Both the position numbers and the translations under genes were made by a program. A model generated the notes under the pieces. That model had not been told where the DNA came from and made no database searches. It saw only the letters and a list, made by a program, of their open reading frames with translations. Below, piece by piece: positions 1-8,944 of a stretch of 40,366 nt of DNA (positions are counted from its first letter, which is position 1; each line of letters opens with the position of its first letter). The DNA comes from an uncultured bacterium (GTDB lineage Bacteria > SAR324 > NAC60-12), in the NCBI GenBank assembly GCA_965662235.1, contig CBFIGY010000027.1, positions 1-40,366 of the forward strand, read 5' to 3'.

Positions 1-4
1 GAGC

Positions 5-1510
5 ATGCCCCCTGTGCCCCCTCCGCTTCTTGACCTGCACGAGGTCTCAGTCCGTCTGGGCTCCACCCTCGTCCTCGACACCCTCACTTGGCGCTGGGAG
101 CACGGCCAGAGCTGGGTCCTGCTTGGACCCAACGGCGCCGGAAAATCCACCCTGATTGGAGTCCTCAAGCAGCAGAAGCCCTACTTTCACGGACGCATCC
201 GTCGGGCGCCGGAGTGGCAACAGGTGGAACGGCTGGCGCTGGTTTCGTTTGATCAGCAACGGCGTCTGGTGGAACGGGAGGAGAAGAAGGACCGCTGGGA
301 GGAGTACAGTGGGCGAGAGCAGGAGGTGCTGACTGCCCGGAAGCTGCTGGACCCAGAAGAGAGGCAACAACAGCAACTCCAACGCTGGGCGAGGGCGCTC
401 CATTTTGAAGCGCTGCTGGATCACTCGGTCCGGTCGTTTTCTAACGGAGAGATGCGCAAGCTGCTGCTGCTCAGGGCCCTGCTGACGCATCCGGCGCTGC
501 TGATCCTTGATGAGCCGTTTGACGGGTTGGACACCGACGCCATCCAATGGCTCAAGCAGTCCCTTTCTACCATCATCCAGTCCGGAGTCCCGGTGCTGCT
601 GGTGACGCATCGGGTCACCGAATTGGTTCCAGAAATCACTCACGCCCTCTGCCTCAAAGACGGGCGGATCATCCGCCAAGGCCCCCGGAAGGACGTGCTT
701 CACCCGGAGTTTCTGCAGCAGCTCTATGCCCCGGCCACGCAGGTGCCTGCGCCCCCTCCGGAACCGCCTCCCGCCTCAGCCGAAGCCACTTCCACAAAAT
801 CGGCCGAAGCCACTTCCACAAAAGATGCCCCGCCCCTCATCCAGATTCGAAACCTGCACCTTCGCTACGGCAAGCAGGTGCTCTTTCAGCAGTTTTCCTG
901 GACGGTGCGAGCCCACGAGCATTGGCAGCTGGTGGGTCCCAACGGTTCCGGAAAGTCCACTCTAGTGAAGCTCATCTGCGGCGATCACCCCCAGGGTTAT
1001 GCCAGTGACCTGACCCTGTTCGGACGTCGACGGGGCTCCGGAGAAAGCATCTGGGACCTCAAGCAAAAGATTGGGCTCGTCTCTCCGGAACTCCAGGTCG
1101 GTTACCGCCAGTCGGTCACCGGACGTCAGGTGATCCTGTCTGGCTTCTTTGATTCCATTGGCCTCTACCGCAAGCCCTCTGACGCGCAACAGGCCGAGGT
1201 CGATTTCTGGATTCAGCAACTGGGCCTTGAGGCACTGGCACCGGCTGACTTCTCCCGTCTTTCCTATGGGCAGCAGCGCCTCCTCTTGCTCGCCCGGGCG
1301 ATGGTGAAACGTCCTCCGTTGCTGATCCTTGATGAGCCCTGTCAGGGGCTGGACCCCTTTCATCGCGAACAGCTGCTGAATTTGATTAACACCATTGGCA
1401 ATCAAAAAACCACTACGATCCTCTACGTAACGCATCTGCCAGAGGACGCCCTTTCCTGCATTCACCACACCCTGCGCCTTCCGGAGGCGACTCCTGAGCC
1501 GTGCCCATGA
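5..1510 (+). CDS. modF: ModF-like ABC ATP-binding protein with two nucleotide-binding domains
   Basis: Two Walker A motifs (GPNGAGKST, GPNGSGKST), signatures FSNGEMRK and LSYGQQR, two LILDEP Walker B motifs, and the ModF-typical 'GDHPQGY...LFGRRRGSGESIWDLKQKIG' segment. Confidence 0.85.
   Translation: MPPVPPPLLDLHEVSVRLGSTLVLDTLTWRWEHGQSWVLLGPNGAGKSTLIGVLKQQKPYFHGRIRRAPEWQQVERLALVSFDQQRRLVEREEKKDRWEEYSGREQEVLTARKLLDPEERQQQQLQRWARALHFEALLDHSVRSFSNGEMRKLLLLRALLTHPALLILDEPFDGLDTDAIQWLKQSLSTIIQSGVPVLLVTHRVTELVPEITHALCLKDGRIIRQGPRKDVLHPEFLQQLYAPATQVPAPPPEPPPASAEATSTKSAEATSTKDAPPLIQIRNLHLRYGKQVLFQQFSWTVRAHEHWQLVGPNGSGKSTLVKLICGDHPQGYASDLTLFGRRRGSGESIWDLKQKIGLVSPELQVGYRQSVTGRQVILSGFFDSIGLYRKPSDAQQAEVDFWIQQLGLEALAPADFSRLSYGQQRLLLLARAMVKRPPLLILDEPCQGLDPFHREQLLNLINTIGNQKTTTILYVTHLPEDALSCIHHTLRLPEATPEPCP
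776..823 (+). repeat. 24-bp tandem duplication encoding SAEATSTK twice in the inter-domain linker
   Basis: tcaGCCGAAGCCACTTCCACAAAA followed by tcgGCCGAAGCCACTTCCACAAAA. Confidence 0.9.
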
Positions 1511-1583
1511 AGAGGCATTGACTGTTGCCGCCAGCCTTGATTTGCTGAAGGCCGTTCCGCGTCCTCTTCTCCAGTCCTCACTC

Positions 1584-1958
1584 ATGCTTGAATCGCTGTT
1601 TGTGCTCCTCGGCTTTCAACTCGCTGGCACCACGCTGGGGTTGGCCCTGAAGCTTCCCATCCCGGGTCCGGTGCTGGGATTTGCGCTGCTGGCTTCCTGG
1701 ATGCTGCTCAAGTGGCCGCTTCCGGAAGCCATGAATGCCACTGCGTCCACTCTGCTGAAGCACCTTTCGCTGCTGTTTGTTCCGGCCGCCACGGGGATGA
1801 TTCAGCACCTCGACCGCCTGACCGTGGAAGGAGGGCCGCTGCTGCTGGCAGTGGTGCTCAGCACCACGCTGGCGCTCATTGTTGGGGCGCTGACCTTTGT
1901 GCTGATGGTTCGCTGGACCCGAGCCTTCCCGGAACCAGAGGAGGTGCGTCATGACTGA
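1584..1958 (+). CDS. cidA: CidA/LrgA family holin-like membrane protein
   Basis: 'LPIPGPVLG...LLKHLSLLFVPAATGM' family motif; ATG 1584 preferred over TTG 1518; overlaps the lrgB start. Confidence 0.85.
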   Translation: MLESLFVLLGFQLAGTTLGLALKLPIPGPVLGFALLASWMLLKWPLPEAMNATASTLLKHLSLLFVPAATGMIQHLDRLTVEGGPLLLAVVLSTTLALIVGALTFVLMVRWTRAFPEPEEVRHD

Positions 1959-2673
1959 GAGTGCCGCGCTTCCCGACATTTGGGTGTACCTGAGCACCCG
2001 TCCGCTGTTCTGGCTGTCGCTCACCCTAGCGGCTTACTTGGTGGGGCAGCGGCTGTTTCAGGCTTCCGGGAACCATCCTGTGGTCAATCCCGTGGCCATT
2101 GCCGCGCTGCTGCTGGGGTCCTTGCTGCTGAGCACCCAGACGCCGTATGACCGTTACTTCGAAGGCGCCCAGTTCGTCCACTTCCTGCTGGGCCCGGCCA
2201 CAGTAGCGCTGGCGCTTCCGCTCAGCACTCACTTCCAGCGCATTCGGAAGGCACTTGTGCCCATGCTCGTCGCCTTGCTCACCGGATCAGCCACTGCGGT
2301 GTTCAGCGCCCTCTGGATCGCGCGGATGCTGGGTGCAACGGAAGAGTCCGTTCGCTCCCTGGTTCCCAAATCCGTTACCACCCCAATTGCCATGGGAATT
2401 GCCGAAAAAATCGGAGGACTTCCGTCTCTGACAGCCGGGCTTGTCATTGTCACCGGCATCGTCGGCGCGATCATCGTCACCCCTCTGCTGAACCTGCTGG
2501 GCTTCCGAGACTGGCGAGCCCGGGGATTTGCCCTCGGCGTCGCCTCCCACGGCATTGGCACTGCCCGCGCCTTTCAGGTCCATGAGGTGGCCGGTGTCTT
2601 TGCCGCCGTCGCTATGGCCCTCAATGGACTGGTCACCGCTCTCGCCGTGGCCATCCTCGCCGGGTGGCTCTGA
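1951..2673 (+). CDS. lrgB: LrgB/CidB family membrane protein
   Basis: 'FLLGPATVALALPL', 'PKSVTTPIAMGIAEKIGG' and 'GVASHGIGTARA' motifs. Confidence 0.9.
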   Translation: MTESAALPDIWVYLSTRPLFWLSLTLAAYLVGQRLFQASGNHPVVNPVAIAALLLGSLLLSTQTPYDRYFEGAQFVHFLLGPATVALALPLSTHFQRIRKALVPMLVALLTGSATAVFSALWIARMLGATEESVRSLVPKSVTTPIAMGIAEKIGGLPSLTAGLVIVTGIVGAIIVTPLLNLLGFRDWRARGFALGVASHGIGTARAFQVHEVAGVFAAVAMALNGLVTALAVAILAGWL

Positions 2674-2697
2674 CTTCCCCTCTTCTGAAAGCTCCTC

Positions 2698-3726
2698 ATG
2701 CACGTTGTTTACAGTGACTCACACCTCCTCCACACTCCGGAAACCGAACTGCACCGCGGAGAGGTCGTTCCCTCGTTTGAAAATCCCACGCGGGTGGATT
2801 ACATCCTCCAGCGCCTCAAGGAGGTCGGTTTCCCGGAGTGTCAGACGCCTCCGGAGTGTGACCTGACGTCGGTTCAGCAGGTGCATACCCCGGACTACCT
2901 TGCGTTTCTGGAGACGGCGTGGGCGGAGTGGCAAAAAGCAGGGCTGAAGGGATCCGTGGTGCCCGGCAACTTCCCGGCGCGACGCATGTCCACCCGACGG
3001 CCCCGTTACATTGATGGCCTCGTGGGGTACTACGCGCTCGCCAATGAAACCACCATCACCTCAGGCACCTGGGCGGCCGCCTTGAGTGCGTGTGCTTCCG
3101 CTCAGGAGGCGCAGCGCTTGGTAGCTCAAGGCGCACGATCCGCGTTTGCCCTCTGTCGTCCTCCGGGGCATCACGCATCCCGGGATCAGTTTGGCGGATA
3201 CTGCTTCCTCAACAATGCCGCAGTGGCCGCCCAGCAGTTCCGGAACAGTGGCGCGGAGCGGGTTGCCATTTTGGACATCGACTTTCATCACGGCAACGGC
3301 ACTCAGGACATCTTCTATGAGCGTGCAGACGTCCTAGTGGCCTCTCTGCATGGGCAGCCGGAAGAAGCCTTCCCCTACTTTTCGGGATACGCCGATGAAC
3401 GAGGAAAGGGGCTGGGACTGGGGGCCACCGCCAACTTCCCGCTTCCGCCCGGAACCGACTATGCCGCGTGGGCAGAGGCTCTGGACGCGGCCTTGGCACA
3501 AATTGAAGCCTTTGGCGCAGAGGCGTTGGTGGTTTCACTGGGGGTGGATACCTTCAAGGAAGATCCCATCAGCCTCTTTCAACTCGAGTCTGAGGACTAC
3601 CTGAGGTGCGGAGCCCGGTTGGGACAGCTGAAGCGTCCCACCGTGTGGGTTATGGAAGGCGGTTATGCCGTGGACGCCATTGGGGTGAACGTGGTGAATG
3701 TGCTCCAGGGCTTTGAGGAGAGCTGA
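2698..3726 (+). CDS. Histone deacetylase family protein, acetylpolyamine amidohydrolase-like
   Basis: RPPGHH, GGYCFLNNAA, DIDFHHGNGTQ, SLGVDT and MEGGY motifs. Confidence 0.9.
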   Translation: MHVVYSDSHLLHTPETELHRGEVVPSFENPTRVDYILQRLKEVGFPECQTPPECDLTSVQQVHTPDYLAFLETAWAEWQKAGLKGSVVPGNFPARRMSTRRPRYIDGLVGYYALANETTITSGTWAAALSACASAQEAQRLVAQGARSAFALCRPPGHHASRDQFGGYCFLNNAAVAAQQFRNSGAERVAILDIDFHHGNGTQDIFYERADVLVASLHGQPEEAFPYFSGYADERGKGLGLGATANFPLPPGTDYAAWAEALDAALAQIEAFGAEALVVSLGVDTFKEDPISLFQLESEDYLRCGARLGQLKRPTVWVMEGGYAVDAIGVNVVNVLQGFEES

Positions 3727-3741
3727 ACAACGAGGTCGCGT

Positions 3742-4284
3742 TTACTCCCAGCTGGGAATCTCATCCTTGGGAGGGAGGTTGAGTCCGGGGGGCAGCAGAC
3801 GCTGGATCTGTGGTGCCGAAGGCGCTGGAGGAGGCGTTGCTGCCGGAGCAGCCGCCGGAGCCGGAGCCGGCTTGGGGGCCTTCGGTTGACTTGAAAGGGC
3901 TTGGTAGCGGTTGTAATGCGCCTCAGCCAGGTCACTCCGATAGAGTTTGTGGTACACCAAGGCCATGTTATAATGCACGTCAGCCTGCCGGGGCTCTTGC
4001 GCCTCCACGGTTTTGAAGGCGGTGAGGGCCTGCTGGTAGTCCCCGAGCTGATACAGCGCCAGTCCCAGGTTGTAGTGGAAGCTGGGGGTGTCCTCATCCA
4101 GTTCAATCGCCTTCTGGTAATTCCAGATGGCTCCCGTGTAGTCGTGCCGGGTGTAAGACTTGTTGCCCTCCTGAAAGAAGCTCAACGCCGACCGCCGTTG
4201 CAGCTCCACTTCCTGAGAGGAACAGGCTCCGAGGAACAGTAGAAGAATCCCCAAGACTCGAATCAATTTGCTTACGCCTTGCAT
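3742..4284 (-). CDS. TPR-repeat lipoprotein with a Pro/Ala-rich C-terminal tail
   Basis: Lipobox LGA-C, about three TPR units (YNLGLALYQLGDYQQA; YNMALVY), tail PAPAPAAAPAATPPP. Confidence 0.8.
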   Translation of the reverse strand: MQGVSKLIRVLGILLLFLGACSSQEVELQRRSALSFFQEGNKSYTRHDYTGAIWNYQKAIELDEDTPSFHYNLGLALYQLGDYQQALTAFKTVEAQEPRQADVHYNMALVYHKLYRSDLAEAHYNRYQALSSQPKAPKPAPAPAAAPAATPPPAPSAPQIQRLLPPGLNLPPKDEIPSWE

Positions 4285-4343
4285 GGCATCAGAGGAAGAA
4301 TGAAGTCGTTATCAAGTAACCGAGTGTCCAATCAATAGAAGCC

Positions 4344-4802
4344 ATGCATTTTCCATACTCATTGCGTCCCCTCCTCCGGCATTGGAGCCTTGTTCTGCTG
4401 AGCCTCGGCCTGGCTCTTTTGGTCGGACCCGCCTCAGGGCAGGCTCAGACGACGTCTCAGGCCTATCAGGCTTATCTCGAGGAAAAGGAGTTGAAGGCGG
4501 AGAAGGAGCGGCAGCAGTTCATTCAGGAACTCCAGCAACTGGTGGACGCAGCGATGAACTCCGGATTCACCGAAGAGGAAATCCGAGACATCACCGTTGA
4601 TCGAGACGGTAAGACCATCCTGGTCTGGGAGTTTCTGGAGCAGGAAAAGATCCGGGCGGAGCGGCTCGCCAGCCAACGCTTTGAGCCCAAGGACCGGTAC
4701 CTGACGGTGACCGACATCACTGAGGAGCTGGAGATGCGGGAGCCTTCGCGCCTAGATGAGCTGCGGCAGGATACCACCTTCACAGGAGCCGAGCAGCAAT
4801 GA
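4344..4802 (+). CDS. Secreted hypothetical protein, acidic/coiled-coil
   Basis: Signal peptide ending GQA-Q, coding-like codon pattern, ATGA overlap with the next gene. Confidence 0.7.
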   Translation: MHFPYSLRPLLRHWSLVLLSLGLALLVGPASGQAQTTSQAYQAYLEEKELKAEKERQQFIQELQQLVDAAMNSGFTEEEIRDITVDRDGKTILVWEFLEQEKIRAERLASQRFEPKDRYLTVTDITEELEMREPSRLDELRQDTTFTGAEQQ

Positions 4803-5506
4803 GCCGCAGCTTCTGTCTGATGGGCCCCGGGGCCGGATGCGGCAAAACCTGGGTGCTCCTTGGACTCGTCCGCTGGCTGCAGCAGCAGGGTCGCACCGCA
4901 GGCGCCTTCAAGCCCCTTGACGTCGGGAGCCTACAGGCACAGGCCGCCGAACGTCCCACCGACGGTGAGCGCTTTCAGGCCCTGGAGTTGCCTGAACACA
5001 TTTCGCTGCTCAATCCCTTCCTGTTCAATGAATCCTTCCCCGTTGCCTTGGCCGCTCAACGAGACGGCATCCGCTTGGACCTGAAGCTGGTGCGGCAGCG
5101 CTGGATGCTGCTGAGCAAACGCTACGAGCGGCTGCTCGTGGAAGGGCCCCGGACCCTCCGGACGCCTTTGACCGAATCTGAATCCTGGCTGACCCTCCTC
5201 GGCGAGCAGCAGCCCCTGGTGCTCTGGGTGATGCCCTTTGGTGAGCTTGAGCTTGAGCTGAGTCTCTTGCAGATTGAAGCCCTCCAGCAGGCGGGATTGT
5301 CGGTACGGGTGCTGCTCAACAATCGCGATTCCTTGCGAGATGGCTGGCAATTGCAGCATTACTGGCTCACGCTGGAAGGAGCCTTGGGTCAAGAAGTCCA
5401 AGGGCTGTTGCCGCACCTCCCCTCTGGCTCCGAGGATCCGGAGGCCATTGCTCAGGCGTTGGAGGCGCACCTCCCTGCGGATCTGAAAGAAGAACTGCTC
5501 GCATGA
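4799..5506 (+). CDS. Divergent dethiobiotin-synthetase (BioD)-like P-loop protein
   Basis: GPGAGCGKT P-loop, FKP, 'LNPFLFNESFPVALAA' and LLVEG occur in BioD order, but several motifs deviate. Confidence 0.7.
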   Translation: MSRSFCLMGPGAGCGKTWVLLGLVRWLQQQGRTAGAFKPLDVGSLQAQAAERPTDGERFQALELPEHISLLNPFLFNESFPVALAAQRDGIRLDLKLVRQRWMLLSKRYERLLVEGPRTLRTPLTESESWLTLLGEQQPLVLWVMPFGELELELSLLQIEALQQAGLSVRVLLNNRDSLRDGWQLQHYWLTLEGALGQEVQGLLPHLPSGSEDPEAIAQALEAHLPADLKEELLA

Positions 5507-6126
5507 TTGACACCCGGACGCCTCCTCCGGATCCTCGCATCATCGCTGTTGCCGGGGGATCCGGAAGTGGGAAAACGCTGTTTACGCAGTTGCTGACCCA
5601 GCGGCTTCCCAAAGCCGTCACGCTTCCGCTGGATGCGTACTACCTTGACAAGCCTGAAGCAGTCCCGGCGGAGCAGTACAACTTTGATGTTCCCGGGGCC
5701 TTTGACTTCAAGCTGTACCATCAGCACATCACCGAACTGCGGGCAGGCCGAGCCATCCGGATGCCACGGTACGAGTGGGTCGAGGGCAAGCGGAGTCGCG
5801 AGACCATCCGTGTCAATCCAGGCACCTACCTTCTGCTGGAAGGCATGTACGTCCTCATGCCCCCGAGCCTGAGGTCACAGCTGTCCTACTCCTTCTTCCT
5901 GGAAAGCCCGCCTGACATCTCGTTGGGGCGACGTGTGCTCCGGGACATCCGGGAGCATGGCGTCACCGCAGAGTACAGCGTCAACCAGTACCTGACGTTT
6001 GTCCGTCCGGCGTACCTTCAGCACATCCTTCCCACCAAACAGTTTGCTCACTACGTGGTTGCCAACGACCTCCGCAGTCGTTTGGACCACTTCCTTGATG
6101 ACTTTCTCAGCAAATACAGGCTTTAG
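5503..6126 (+). CDS. udk: Uridine kinase
   Basis: IIAVAGGSGSGKT, LDAYY, YNFDVPGAFD, LLEGM, RRVLRD motifs. Confidence 0.85.
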   Translation: MIDTRTPPPDPRIIAVAGGSGSGKTLFTQLLTQRLPKAVTLPLDAYYLDKPEAVPAEQYNFDVPGAFDFKLYHQHITELRAGRAIRMPRYEWVEGKRSRETIRVNPGTYLLLEGMYVLMPPSLRSQLSYSFFLESPPDISLGRRVLRDIREHGVTAEYSVNQYLTFVRPAYLQHILPTKQFAHYVVANDLRSRLDHFLDDFLSKYRL

Positions 6127-6128
6127 CC

Positions 6129-6554
6129 ATGACCATGAACAAGCGGTACCTCATGATCTTCCTCTTCACCACCATCGTGTTGTGGGGGTTCAGCTTCTGG
6201 TACGTGGGGCAGTTGCCGAATGTCAACGCGGTGGTGGAGCACAACGTGACCGACAAGAACGAAGAGAGCTTGGCGGTCAACCTTCCCCCCCAGAACTTCT
6301 ATGAGCGCTGTCGGCAGCTCAACCGCCTGGAGGTCCTCAACTACACCTTTACCTCCAGTGTCCCTGTGCAGTTCAACATCCACTACCATGAAGGGGGAGA
6401 GGACTACTATCCGGATGAGAAGGCCGATGCCCTCTCCGGTCAAGGCGCCTACACCCCCTCTGCGGCTCGCATCTACTGCCTGATGTGGGGCAACAACGGA
6501 GACGCGCCCAGCCGCTTGGAGTACACCTTCCGGGTGACCACCAAGTCTCCCTGA
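6129..6554 (+). CDS. Membrane-anchored hypothetical protein with a small beta-sandwich (GOLD-like) domain
   Basis: N-terminal TM helix, then 'C..L.....LNYTFTS..PVQFNIHYHEG...IYCLMWGN' with two Cys. Confidence 0.6.
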   Translation: MTMNKRYLMIFLFTTIVLWGFSFWYVGQLPNVNAVVEHNVTDKNEESLAVNLPPQNFYERCRQLNRLEVLNYTFTSSVPVQFNIHYHEGGEDYYPDEKADALSGQGAYTPSAARIYCLMWGNNGDAPSRLEYTFRVTTKSP

Positions 6555-6559
6555 TTCTG

Positions 6560-6588
6560 TTGCAAGTTCTCGCAAAACCCGATACGAT
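6560..6588 (+). promoter_or_regulatory. Sigma70-type promoter of tRNA-Leu
   Basis: TTGCAA-N17-TACGAT followed by a GC-rich discriminator CGCGGG, 19 nt upstream of the tRNA. Confidence 0.7.
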
Positions 6589-6607
6589 CGCGGGTTCTGA
6601 GCCAGAT

Positions 6608-6692
<85 letters not shown>

Positions 6693-7096
6693 CTCGGCTC
6701 CTTCTTGCCTTCGTCCCCCTTACGCGCGTTCCCCCTCTCCCGCTGGATCGGCTCCGGCCCCCACAAGCTCCCCTCCCGTTTGCCCAAACTCTTTCTCCAC
6801 GTTGGGTTTGCTCATTTGTCAGAAAAAAGCCCTCCGCCTCAAAATCTCTAAAAATCATCAAGGCCTGTCATCACTCAAGCCCAATGCCCCTCCCTAGAAG
6901 ATGACACCAAGCCCGAAAGCAGACGAAAGCAGGGACGTTTTTCCTTCCACTCCCTCCACCTAGAAGGAGCGCTTTGTCTTTCAGATTTCCGCTCAAGTGA
7001 AAGGAGAACAGCGTGGATTGAGGCCCCAGAAGGCTATTTTGGATTGGAACTGAGTCGAGGGAAGGCGGACGGCCCGCCGAAGCAGGCCCTGCCCGG

Positions 7097-7864
7097 TTAG
7101 AGCTTTTTTTGACAGCTAGAACACACGGTCCGGTCGTGAGTCTCACTGAAGCCGGAAGCAATGATCCCCGCAGGAATGGCAAAGAGGCCGACCCCAAAGA
7201 TGGCAGAGACGGCGCCAAACAGCTTGCCCACGGTGGTGATCGGGTAGATGTCTCCGTACCCAACCGTGGTCAGCGTGGCCACCGACCACCACATCGAGGC
7301 AATGATGCTGCTGAAGGCCTCAGGCTGCGCTTCATGCTCCGCGTAGTAGATGATGGTGGAGGTGAAGATCATCAGGCAGAAGATGATCACCAGCGACGAG
7401 ATCAGCTCCTCCGACTTGTGCCGGGTGACCTCCATGATGCGTGAGAGGGCCCTGAAGTAACGGACCGATTTCATGATCCGGATGATCCGGAGGACCCGCA
7501 GGAGCCGGAGGATGCGGGTGTCGTAGACCATGAAGGAAAGGTAGAAGGGCAGAATGGCCAGCAGGTCCACCAACCCCATGGGGGAGAACAGGTAGCGCAC
7601 CCGCCCCCAACGTCCGGAGTAGGCGGACGCCGCTGGGGCGGCATAAACCCGCAGAAGGTACTCCACGGTAAAGATGCCCACCGAAAGCGCATCAAAGGCG
7701 TGGAAGGCTCCCGCGTACGTGGCCATCAACGCCGGCTCCGTTTCCAGAATGAAGGCGGCGATGTTCAACAAAATCAGCACCATCAAAAAACGCTGCAGGA
7801 GGGTTCCCAGAACGTTTTCCTCTTCGTGCTGCTCCAGCAGGTTCCAAATTGCGTCCTTGGTCAT
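7097..7864 (-). CDS. Voltage-gated potassium channel (6TM)
   Basis: S4 'RILRLLRVLRIIR', selectivity filter TTVGYGD, C-terminal CxxC. Confidence 0.92.
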   Translation of the reverse strand: MTKDAIWNLLEQHEEENVLGTLLQRFLMVLILLNIAAFILETEPALMATYAGAFHAFDALSVGIFTVEYLLRVYAAPAASAYSGRWGRVRYLFSPMGLVDLLAILPFYLSFMVYDTRILRLLRVLRIIRIMKSVRYFRALSRIMEVTRHKSEELISSLVIIFCLMIFTSTIIYYAEHEAQPEAFSSIIASMWWSVATLTTVGYGDIYPITTVGKLFGAVSAIFGVGLFAIPAGIIASGFSETHDRTVCSSCQKKL

Positions 7865-7929
7865 CTCACGCCTCCGGATTCAGGTCAATGTGCTCCTAGG
7901 TGACGGCGTCGGCACTCAGGCGGCCGAGC

Positions 7930-8688
7930 TCAGTCCTTCCCCTTCCGGGCTAGGTAGCACCCATAACTGTAGTACGCCCCATACTGGTCATAGAGGGCGG
8001 CTTCCTGATGTTCGGCTTCCACAATCGCCTGGGCAGCGTCACTCCGTCCTTGTTCCTCCAAGAAGGATTCCAGACGCTCCTGCAGAGGGCCGTAGTACCC
8101 CTCACGCCAACATGAAGGCGGAAGCACAAAGTAGGCTTCTGGCTGAAACCCGAGTTGCTCCAGCTGTGCGAGCTTTGCCGACGCAGTATCGACCTCCGGA
8201 TACTCCTGCTCCCAGTGGGCCTGTAGCGCTTCAGGTCGAGTGCTCTGCAGCCACGTCAGTTCCGTGACCACCAGCCACCCTCCGGTTTTCAGAAAGGGGC
8301 GCCACGCCTTCACTCCTGCCGCAAAGCCCATGTTGTAAATGGCCCCTTCGGACCAGATGACGTCAAAGGCCTCCTCGTCAAAGGGGAGGGCCTCCATTGA
8401 CGCCTGGAGCAAGGTGATGCGGTCCGCAACTCCTTGTGCCTCAGCACGACACTGCAGCTCATCGAGGAACTCAGGAAACAGGTCCACCGCGGTGAGTTCA
8501 GCATTCAGCTCCTGGGCCAGCAACAGGGTGGAGGCTCCTGTGCCGCAGCCGATGTCGGCAATCTTCAAAGGGTGGGTTCGGTCCAGCCCAGTCAGGGTCA
8601 GGGCCCGTCGGGTCATTTCGTCACTCCCTGGCCCCTGCCGGAGGTTGCTTCGGTGCAGGTTCACTAACAGCTGCAGGTCATCACTCAT
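7930..8688 (-). CDS. Class I SAM-dependent methyltransferase
   Basis: IADIGCGTG motif I, 'FDVIWSEGAIYNMGF', 'LKTGG'. Confidence 0.9.
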   Translation of the reverse strand: MSDDLQLLVNLHRSNLRQGPGSDEMTRRALTLTGLDRTHPLKIADIGCGTGASTLLLAQELNAELTAVDLFPEFLDELQCRAEAQGVADRITLLQASMEALPFDEEAFDVIWSEGAIYNMGFAAGVKAWRPFLKTGGWLVVTELTWLQSTRPEALQAHWEQEYPEVDTASAKLAQLEQLGFQPEAYFVLPPSCWREGYYGPLQERLESFLEEQGRSDAAQAIVEAEHQEAALYDQYGAYYSYGCYLARKGKD

Positions 8689-8796
8689 CAGGCGATTCGG
8701 TTGAAAGGTGGAAGGAGGGGAACCAAGAACGAACTCAGTCTGTCATTCCTCCACCGGAAAGGCAACGGTGCCCCTCCTCACAGCCTGCACTTTTCC

Positions 8797-8826
8797 TTGA
8801 TTGCCTGCCCCCAATGCCCTTACACT
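8797..8826 (+). promoter_or_regulatory. Putative sigma70 promoter for the ORF at 8945
   Basis: TTGATT-N18-TACACT. Confidence 0.4.
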
Positions 8827-8944
8827 AACGTCCCAACTTGAACGAGCCGCCGCTTCTGCGTCCTCGGGCGCCTGATTCCTCTGAAGTCAGACGCCGTCAG
8901 GCGCGTCTCGGCCGGCCTCTTGACCTCACGGACCGCGCTTCCTC

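Noticed and set aside
6901..7053. ORF with an in-frame TAG as possible pyrrolysine or readthrough
   Set aside because: Short, no coding bias, no recognisable protein, and TAG is used as a normal stop elsewhere in the window
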